Source: an uncultured Noviherbaspirillum sp.
GTDB taxonomy: Bacteria; Pseudomonadota; Gammaproteobacteria; Burkholderiales; Burkholderiaceae_D
DNA length: 64,000 nucleotides
Direction of reading: 5' to 3'
Assembly: GCA_966212545.1 (NCBI GenBank)
Contig: CBIHRW010000015.1
Span: forward strand, 514-64,513
Shown here: positions 18,881 to 25,684 of the stretch, in pieces
Layout of the letters: each line of letters starts with the position of its first letter
How positions within the stretch are numbered: position 1 is the first letter of the stretch
Notes under the pieces: model-generated
The model's database searches: none
Told to the model about the DNA's origin: nothing
Seen by the model: the letters and a program-made list of their open reading frames with translations, nothing else
Made by a program: the position numbers and the translations under genes

Positions 18881-18937
18881 CTTTGGATGACGGCACTGCC
18901 GTCACCGGTTAGCGCGATTTTCCAGCTATGACGGAGA

Positions 18938-19405
18938 TCACTTGTAGATGCCGACCGCGAAGTAGATATCGTCCACGCGCTCGACATAGGTGCTCTTCGG
19001 CTCGATGGCCTTGGTCACCGGATTAGGCCACTTGTAGTCGACCCAGCCCTTGCCTTCCTTGGACAGCGCGATCTCGATGATCTTCTTGGCGAACGGGAAA
19101 CCGTCCGCATCCTTCAGTTCGCCCATGTCCTTGCCGACCATGCGCGGGTTGGCGCCATGTGACGCCAGCGGCGAACCTTCCTTGGCGAGACTGCCGAACA
19201 CGTACAGGTCCTTGTACTTGAAGTCCGGATTCTGTTCATTGATGGCGGCCCAGGTCTTTTCCTTGCCATTGGCCTTGTAGAAGGCGATGACCTTCTTGAC
19301 CAAGGCCGTCGCGTCGGCGGCCGTGCCGCGGTCCTGGGCGATGGAGGGTGCCGCCGCCACGAAAGCGGTGGCAGCGATGAGCAGACGAGCGAGCAGATGT
19401 TTCAT
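18938..19405 (-). CDS. Periplasmic single-Cache (sCache_2-like) domain protein
   Basis: Signal peptide MKHLLARLLIAATAFVAAAPSIAQ. Cache-type pattern ...FKYKDLYVFG...HGANPRMVGKDM...DADG...GKGWVDYKWPNP...KSTYVERV. GGGAGA RBS. Confidence 0.7.
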   Translation of the reverse strand: MKHLLARLLIAATAFVAAAPSIAQDRGTAADATALVKKVIAFYKANGKEKTWAAINEQNPDFKYKDLYVFGSLAKEGSPLASHGANPRMVGKDMGELKDADGFPFAKKIIEIALSKEGKGWVDYKWPNPVTKAIEPKSTYVERVDDIYFAVGIYK

Positions 19406-19595
19406 GATGAGGTCTCCCGAGGATGTGTAGAAAAAACTTGTTCTTGTTGCGTTGATTCTACAATCCCCGGGCAATTTTAACGTTGCCGATGAGCAACAGA
19501 ATGCCGCTTAACGATAGAGGAAAGCATTCATATTTCAGCCACTGCATGAATCATGTAGGACGCATTCCGTCACACCGGCTGCTCGCGGTTCCCGC

Positions 19596-20069
19596 TCAAG
19601 GATTCGCGCCGCGACTTTCTGCCCGCTCGAGCTTCTTGGCGAGCCGCTTCAATCCGATTGTTGCGCGCTTCCGCATGACCCGCCGCGCCAGCGGCAGCAA
19701 CGTGAAGCGGAACACGAGTCCGCGATTGCGGCTGAGCATGCGCCACGTGAGGTCGCAAGATCCGCCCTCGCCCGGCGCGAACTCCACCTCCATGCGCGGC
19801 AGCAGCGGCGGGAACTTTCCCTCCGTTGCAAAGAACTGGCACGGCTGCGACTCGCGCACGACGATGCTGATCTGGCGCTGGCCGCGCAGTGGCACAGCCA
19901 CCGTTTCCAGGTACTCCTTGCCAGTCTGGCCATGCTTGTGCCAGTTGGCCGGCTCGATTGCAAGCACGCCCGGGAACCAGTCGCCGAAGCGCTCCATGTC
20001 CGTGACGTAGTCGAACACGTCGGGCACGGGGCGTTTGATGTTGATGCTTTTTTCAGCGAGCAGGTGCAC
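19596..20069 (-). CDS. SRPBCC (START/polyketide-cyclase-like) family protein
   Basis: GTG start at 20069 preceded by GGAGAGAAAG. INIKRPVPDVFDYVTDMERFGDWFPGV is typical of the SRPBCC N-terminus. Confidence 0.65.
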   Translation of the reverse strand: MHLLAEKSINIKRPVPDVFDYVTDMERFGDWFPGVLAIEPANWHKHGQTGKEYLETVAVPLRGQRQISIVVRESQPCQFFATEGKFPPLLPRMEVEFAPGEGGSCDLTWRMLSRNRGLVFRFTLLPLARRVMRKRATIGLKRLAKKLERAESRGANP

Positions 20070-20496
20070 GCTTTCTCTCCTTTTTTCTCTCCTTGACGGC
20101 GGGCAGGTACAACCCACCTGCCACCAGCGCGGTGGTGACGATATCGGCTGCCGTGTGGTAGCGCTGCACCAGCATCAGCGCGGCATACGCCAGCAGCGAT
20201 ACCCCGCACCACAAGCGCACGTTTGGCGCGTGTGCGGCAATGAACATCGCCAGCACCAGCGCGACCGCAGTATGCGTGCTGTAGTCCATGCCAAGTGCGG
20301 GCCAGAGCTGCAGCCAATTGTCCAGGAACATTAGCCCGTATGCGACGAGCGCACCAGCCGCCAGTCTTGCCATCCGGGCGCCAAGCACTTGCCATTGCAG
20401 CCCGCCGGGCGCGCGCAGCAGGACTGCGAGGGCGGCGAGCGCCAGCAGGGGCGTATAGAGGTCGGCAATGGCGTCAAGGGTTTCGTAACTGGGCAT
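20053..20496 (-). CDS. Small integral membrane protein with weak PAP2 (phosphatase)-like motifs
   Basis: Four hydrophobic helices. DYSTHTA and RYHTAADIV resemble PAP2 motifs C2/C3. ATG at 20496 preceded by AGGAA. The 3' end overlaps the SRPBCC start by 17 nt. Confidence 0.45.
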   Translation of the reverse strand: MPSYETLDAIADLYTPLLALAALAVLLRAPGGLQWQVLGARMARLAAGALVAYGLMFLDNWLQLWPALGMDYSTHTAVALVLAMFIAAHAPNVRLWCGVSLLAYAALMLVQRYHTAADIVTTALVAGGLYLPAVKERKKERKRAPAR

Positions 20497-20687
20497 GCAG
20501 ATTCCTGGCATGTTGATGATTGGGCAATCAACGCCTTATACCATCGTGGCGGGGCGGCCGCTTCAAGAAAAGATGCCGCATCGCACAGGCGGACAGCACG
20601 TGTGCGACGGAAGGAAGTCAATCAAACCTTGCCGTCTTGCACGATGTGCAATAAGCTCATAACAGGTGGCACCAAAGGACTGCCTTC

Positions 20688-21545
20688 ATGACGACTCCGC
20701 TATCGGGCATCGAATCCTGGACCGACTTCCTCGGCGACAAGGAAGCCCCGGTCCTGCGGCGCACCGCCTCTGCCATTGCCGAAGCGCGCACGCGCGCCGA
20801 CCGTATCAATGTGCGCGAGATCGCCGACATTATCCTGCACGACCCGATGATGGCGGCACGTGTGCTGCGCTTTTCCGCCAGCCATCGCGGACGGCGGCAG
20901 CTGCAGGACCTGTCCACGGTCGAGCATGCAGTGATGATGCTCGGCGTCGAACCCTTCTTCCATCACTTCGCGCGATTCGAGATCATCGAAGACCACCTCA
21001 AGGCACAGCCGCATGCCCTGCTCGGCCTGCTGCACGTGGTCCGCCGCGCGCAACGGGCCGCGCGCTATGCACTGGACTGGGCGACGTGGCGCTGCGATCT
21101 CAACTGCGAGGAAGTGTCGGTTGCGGCGCTGCTGCACGACCTGGCCGAAATGCTGGTGTGGTGCCATGCGCCGGAGCAGGCATTGAAGATTCAGGCTCTG
21201 CAGAAGGCCAACCCTGCCATGCGCAGCGCGGATGCGCAGGTGGCCGTACTGGGCTTCCAATTGAACGAACTGCAGGCGCTCGTGTGCAGGAAATGGGAAT
21301 TGCCGGAGCTGCTGCTGATTCTGATGGACGACGCATCCTGCGAGAAGCCGCGCGTGAAGAATGTGAAGCTCGCGGTCGATCTCGCCCGCCACACCGCACA
21401 CGGCTGGGATGATCCTGCGCTGCCTGACGATTTCCGCGCGATCGCAACACTGATGAATATCGATGAGGACACGTTGCGCGCGCGGCTTGGTTTGAAGTCA
21501 TCCGGCGAGGACGATGCGTCGAAGGCCGGCGATGCATCACAATGA
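20688..21545 (+). CDS. HDOD domain-containing signalling protein
   Basis: ILHDPMMAARVLRF..., LGVEPFF... and AALLHDLAEMLVW are typical HDOD elements. AAAGGA RBS. Confidence 0.8.
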   Translation: MTTPLSGIESWTDFLGDKEAPVLRRTASAIAEARTRADRINVREIADIILHDPMMAARVLRFSASHRGRRQLQDLSTVEHAVMMLGVEPFFHHFARFEIIEDHLKAQPHALLGLLHVVRRAQRAARYALDWATWRCDLNCEEVSVAALLHDLAEMLVWCHAPEQALKIQALQKANPAMRSADAQVAVLGFQLNELQALVCRKWELPELLLILMDDASCEKPRVKNVKLAVDLARHTAHGWDDPALPDDFRAIATLMNIDEDTLRARLGLKSSGEDDASKAGDASQ

Positions 21546-21740
21546 CAAATCGATATGGATCAACCAGGTTACGCAATGTAACACCTGCGTCAATTTTTCC
21601 GTGTAATATCCGGCCCCATGCAGCCATCGGAGTGAGACCCTGGTTTTCAAAAGAACAGGTTGCATCCACCGGAGCTGGCGGGAGGAAAGTAGTACCAGCA
21701 CCAAATTCGAAGCCCTCCGCACGCGGAGGGCTTTTCATTT
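21546..21740 (+). ncRNA. Candidate 3'UTR-derived or independent small RNA ending at an intrinsic terminator (speculative)
   Basis: A non-coding tract of ~190 nt lies between the HDOD stop and a strong plus-strand terminator. There is no plus-strand ORF, and the next gene is on the opposite strand. Confidence 0.2.
21711..21740 (+). terminator. Rho-independent terminator
   Basis: AGCCCTCC-gcacgc-GGAGGGCT followed by TTTT. Confidence 0.65.
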
Positions 21741-21892
21741 CTACCATACGGAAAAGCCAAGCACTGCGATATAGAGCGCTTTGATTGTCAGTGCAAGGGA
21801 GGTCAGGTCGGGCCGAGAAGCGCAACCGTACGTGAGGTACGGTGAGCATCGCAGGCACGAGATGCCTCCCTTTCACTGACAGGCAAACCGCT

Positions 21893-22216
21893 CTATCGGC
21901 TCAACTCGCGAAGCTTGCCTTTCACCTCCGCCCACAGATGCGCGTCCTCCGGCGCCGCCTTCCTTTCAATGATCGGACTCCATGCCTCGGCCAGTTCGCG
22001 GTTGAGTGCGATGAATTCCTGCTGGTCGGCGGGCACGTCGGCATCCGCGTAGATCGCATTGACCGGGCATGCCGGCACGCACAGCGCGCAGTCGATGCAG
22101 TCGTCCGGCGAAATCACGAGGAAATTCGGCCCTTCGCGAAAGGCGTCCGCGGGACAGGGTTCGACGCAATCGGTATGCTTGCATCGGATGCAGCTCTCCG
22201 TAACAACATAGGTCAT
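21893..22216 (-). CDS. fdxA: 7Fe ferredoxin (3Fe-4S + 4Fe-4S), FdxA type
   Basis: MTYVVTESCIRCKHTDCVEPCP ... CIDCALCVPACP, the classic FdxA cysteine pattern and length. Confidence 0.9.
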   Translation of the reverse strand: MTYVVTESCIRCKHTDCVEPCPADAFREGPNFLVISPDDCIDCALCVPACPVNAIYADADVPADQQEFIALNRELAEAWSPIIERKAAPEDAHLWAEVKGKLRELSR

Positions 22217-22292
22217 GACCATCCTCCATGTGCAATAGACGTGTGGGGATAGTGTCAGGAGAAACAGCGGTGGTCACAAGCGATATAAATTC

Positions 22293-22595
22293 GTGACATC
22301 ATGCGCCGCGGGAATGATCTTCGAAGACACGCGGCTCATCCCTGCGGCGCCAATCATCCGGCTGAAAACCACTCACGAGAAGATCAATGCATGCCTGAAG
22401 ACCTTCGAGCGGATTCCGGAGATCCTGGAGGCGCATCGGATCACCGGCGAAGACTGTTTCGTGGTGAAGGTGACGTTCGCGGAAATGCCACGGCTCGAAG
22501 CCGTGATCGACGCCTTGGCAAAATTCGGGTCGGTTACGACATCGCTTGTGCTGGCGGCATACAAGCCGAAGCCATTGATAGCGCCTGCCGCATGA
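22293..22595 (+). CDS. Stand-alone Lrp/AsnC ligand-binding (RAM) domain protein; no HTH
   Basis: The beta-alpha-beta-beta-alpha-beta pattern (IIRLKT...ILEAHRITGEDCFVVKVTF...TTSLVL) matches the C-terminal half of Lrp/AsnC regulators. Only 76 bp lie upstream before fdxA, so no HTH can be encoded. Start uncertain (GTG 22293 or ATG 22314). Confidence 0.55.
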   Translation: MTSCAAGMIFEDTRLIPAAPIIRLKTTHEKINACLKTFERIPEILEAHRITGEDCFVVKVTFAEMPRLEAVIDALAKFGSVTTSLVLAAYKPKPLIAPAA

Positions 22596-22597
22596 CG

Positions 22598-23278
22598 TTA
22601 GGCGGAAAGCCTGCCCTCTGCGAAAGGAACGGCCTGCCGCAGGTCCTGTACGAAGCGCGCATACGAGGCCTCGCGCGCCTCATCCGGCACGCGCAGCAGG
22701 TACGACGGATGCACCGTGATCAGAATCTGCATGCCGGCGGCGAAAGGCATCACCCTGCCCCGGTTGACCTCGATCGGCGTTGCGCGGCCGAGCAGCGCAC
22801 GCGCCGCCGTCGCGCCCATCGCCACTACGAGCTGCGGTGCAACCAGTTCGAGTTCGCGTTCCAGCCATTGATGGCAGGCGGCGATCTCGGCCTCGCCCGG
22901 TTTCTTGTGCAGACGCCGCTTGCCGCGCGGCTCCCATTTGAAATGCTTGACTGCGTTCGTGACGTAGACCCTGTCGCGGTCGATGCCTGCGTCCTCCAAT
23001 GCACGATCCAGCAACTGCCCGGCAGGACCGACGAAAGGATGACCTTGGCGGTCTTCCTGATCACCCGGCTGCTCGCCGACCAGCATGATGCGGGCATGTT
23101 CCGGGCCTTCGCCGAATACGGTCTGCGTAGCATTGGCCCACAGGGGGCAAGCCCTGCAGTCGTGCGCAGCAGTGCGCACATCGTCGAGGTCGCCCGTGTC
23201 GGGTGCCACGCGCGGCGGTGCCTGCTTCGAAACGCGCGGTGCGCGTTTTCTTTCTACCGGTTGGTGCGTAGTGGGCAT
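22598..23278 (-). CDS. Family-4-related uracil-DNA glycosylase of the UdgX type
   Basis: CRACPLW (Fe-S Cys), motif A GEGP...LVGEQPGDQED, GPAG, and the UdgX-type insertion VKHFKWEPRGKRRLHKKP (KRR[IL]H loop). Start MPTTHQP at 23278 is assumed. Confidence 0.8.
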   Translation of the reverse strand: MPTTHQPVERKRAPRVSKQAPPRVAPDTGDLDDVRTAAHDCRACPLWANATQTVFGEGPEHARIMLVGEQPGDQEDRQGHPFVGPAGQLLDRALEDAGIDRDRVYVTNAVKHFKWEPRGKRRLHKKPGEAEIAACHQWLERELELVAPQLVVAMGATAARALLGRATPIEVNRGRVMPFAAGMQILITVHPSYLLRVPDEAREASYARFVQDLRQAVPFAEGRLSA

Positions 23279-23351
23279 AGGCGTCGCGAAGAATAACGAT
23301 CGGTAACCATTCTGATTCCTGGAACCGTAATTCGTTCGCAACACATCCTTC

Positions 23352-23813
23352 TTAGAAGTACTTCTTGACCACTTCGCCGAACGCTTCCTCGGCAGACTTG
23401 CCCTGCCTCATCAACTGGGTGATTTCTTCGGTGTGCTGGGAAATGGCCGGCGGCAGAGTGCTCCGGTTATTGCGGTAGTACTCGTAGCGCTGCGCGGCGA
23501 ACTGCTCGTCCAGCTTGGCGGCGCTGGTGCGCGTGCCGGTGCCGCTGCCCGCACGGACTACGCGCGCCGCTCGCGGCGTCGATGTGCGGGAACCGAGTCC
23601 GATGCCGGACACAGCCGCCTTGACCTGTTCGACCGTGAATGCGCTGGTGGCATTGGCGCCGGCGAATTCATGCCCTTCCGGACGCATCAGGTGGTGGTTC
23701 CTGTCGAACGCCATGGTCTTGCCGTGCAGGTTGGTGATCTGGTAGCTCGGCTCCGGACCGCCGGTGACCAATGAAAACTGGACGCGTTCGCCGTAGTCGG
23801 CCATTTTTTCCAT
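23352..23813 (-). CDS. Hypothetical protein with a central basic Ser/Thr/Gly/Arg-rich linker
   Basis: Start MEKMADYGERV is assumed. A ~85-aa N-domain, the low-complexity stretch GSRTSTPRAARVVRAGSGTGTRTS, then a helical C-terminus. Lies 73 nt upstream of, and co-oriented with, the UdgX-type gene. Confidence 0.45.
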   Translation of the reverse strand: MEKMADYGERVQFSLVTGGPEPSYQITNLHGKTMAFDRNHHLMRPEGHEFAGANATSAFTVEQVKAAVSGIGLGSRTSTPRAARVVRAGSGTGTRTSAAKLDEQFAAQRYEYYRNNRSTLPPAISQHTEEITQLMRQGKSAEEAFGEVVKKYF

Positions 23814-24140
23814 GACGCCTTTGAGGAATTCTGCCGAAAGGGAATCGACGTTCCCGTTCCAACGTTTGCTTCTGGTTACCAAGGTAAGTTGCCTTCAAAA
23901 AAGTTGCGGAGATACTGATATTCCGTCGCGCCGGCGCTGCGGCAAGAGGGGACAGGGGCGGAATTATCGCTCATCCGCGCGAGGGATGGTTTGATCAATC
24001 AGGAATGCAGCAATGTTTCAGGACATGTTTCGGAATGCCTGGATACAACTCTCACTTTCACCCGGCCAGATAGCGGACGCCATCTGGTCCGTAGCGCTCG
24101 GTGAGGGGCTCGCCCGCCTGCGGGTAAACGATGGTCTCGG

Positions 24141-24788
24141 TCAGCCTTCGGCAAGGACCTGGCGCAAGGCCTGTTCGAATACATCGACCGGCTGACCGCC
24201 CGAGATCAGGTAACGGTCGTTAAGGATCACCACAGGTACGGAATGAATGCCCTGTTCGAGGAAGAAATTTTCCTGCTCTCGCGTCTCGGCCGCATAAGCG
24301 TCCGAGGAAAGAATCTCTCTCGCGCGCGCGACGTCGAGACCGACCTCGCCGGCGAGTCGCAACAACACGTCGTGTGCACCCGGATTCTCGCCATCCGTGA
24401 AATAGGCCTTGAGCAGGGCGTGCTTGAGTTCCTTCTGTTTTCCCTCTTCTGCCGCCCAGAGCAGCAGGCGGTGTGCGTCGAAGGTGTTGTAGATGCGTCC
24501 GCGTTTGTCCATGTTGAAGACGAAGCCGACTTCCTCGCCGCGCGCACGGATCATGTCGCGCGTCTGCTGCGACTGTTCGGGCGAGGCGCCGTACTTCTGC
24601 GCGAGGTGTTCGTTGATGTCCTGGCCTTCCGGGCCCATTTGCGGATTAAGCTCGAACGGATGGAAGATGAGATCGGCACGGACGTCGTCGCCGATACGCT
24701 CGAGCGCCTTTTCCAGGGAGCGCAGTCCGATCGCGCACCACGGGCAGGACACGTCGGAGACGAAATCGATTTTCATCAGTTGCGCCAT
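24141..24788 (-). CDS. DsbA-family thiol:disulfide oxidoreductase (FrnE/HCCA-isomerase-like)
   Basis: CPWC active site near the N-terminus (VSDVSCPWCAIG). GAGGAA RBS before the ATG at 24788. Confidence 0.8.
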   Translation of the reverse strand: MAQLMKIDFVSDVSCPWCAIGLRSLEKALERIGDDVRADLIFHPFELNPQMGPEGQDINEHLAQKYGASPEQSQQTRDMIRARGEEVGFVFNMDKRGRIYNTFDAHRLLLWAAEEGKQKELKHALLKAYFTDGENPGAHDVLLRLAGEVGLDVARAREILSSDAYAAETREQENFFLEQGIHSVPVVILNDRYLISGGQPVDVFEQALRQVLAEG

Positions 24789-24864
24789 GGAATTCCTCAC
24801 TGAATGTTGATCACTCGATTCAGTTTACTCTTTTGCGCAAGCCTCTGCCGGTTCGCGACCGATC

Positions 24865-25590
24865 TCAGCCCACCAGAAGCCAGGAAAAGGCATGCGCCAG
24901 CACGTGCGCGATGATGGCCGACTCCAGTCCGCGCCGCCAGTAGAGTGCCCCGGCGACAACGCCGAAGATGGCATTGCCGGCGACAACGTACAGCGCAGTA
25001 CCTGCATCAAGCGGCCCGGCGAAGGACGCTGCGGCCGGCAGGTGCATCACGCCAAAAGACAAGGCGCTGACGGCTATGGCAAGCCAAAGATGTGCCGGGG
25101 AAGGCTTGTCACCCCGCCCTGGTGTTACGCGCCAGAACAGCCAGGCGAGGAAGCTCATCAAGCCCCAACGCACCAGGATTTCCTCGGTGATGCCACCGTA
25201 CAGGATGCGCGCCGCGAGCGGCTGAACAACCTGGCCCTGCAACTGCGCGAGCGGCTCCGGCGCAAAGCGGCTGAACGCCCAGAGAAGGGCCGCACCGAAC
25301 AGGCCGCCAAGAATACCGGGCGCCAGCTGACGCCGCAGCTTACCTGCGTCGTGCCGGGTACCAGCAAGCGGCAGCAGGACCGGCGCCTGGAGGCCGGTCT
25401 TTGGTGCGAAGCGAATGCCGGTATACACCGCGAGGGCGAGCAGCATCATGCTTTGTACAGCGCTCGCGGCACTAATGACCCACATCGGTGCGGGAAGCGG
25501 CCGGCCGGCCATCAGAGCAGGCAAGGCGAGCCAGGATACGGCGATGATACCGGGCAGGCCGACGGTCCAGAGTGTGAAAAAGCGTTTCAT
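24865..25590 (-). CDS. CPBP (CAAX) family intramembrane glutamic endopeptidase
   Basis: Multi-TM protein with motif 1 EEILVRWG and motif 2 FGVMH. Confidence 0.75.
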   Translation of the reverse strand: MKRFFTLWTVGLPGIIAVSWLALPALMAGRPLPAPMWVISAASAVQSMMLLALAVYTGIRFAPKTGLQAPVLLPLAGTRHDAGKLRRQLAPGILGGLFGAALLWAFSRFAPEPLAQLQGQVVQPLAARILYGGITEEILVRWGLMSFLAWLFWRVTPGRGDKPSPAHLWLAIAVSALSFGVMHLPAAASFAGPLDAGTALYVVAGNAIFGVVAGALYWRRGLESAIIAHVLAHAFSWLLVG

Positions 25591-25684
25591 GAAGGCGAAT
25601 ATTAGATCTGTTTGATGGATATGGTGTTGATCCGGTCGCGTCCCGTGCAGCAGGCACTGCAAGAGGCGACGCGACCCGTACGCG

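Noticed and set aside
21546-21740. Possibility that this non-coding tract is 6S RNA, a tRNA or a riboswitch
   Set aside because: There is no tRNA T-loop or acceptor pattern (only a chance ttcgaagcc). I could trace no long closing stem with a central bubble as in 6S RNA, and there is no downstream plus-strand gene for a riboswitch to control. It is kept only as a generic sRNA candidate.
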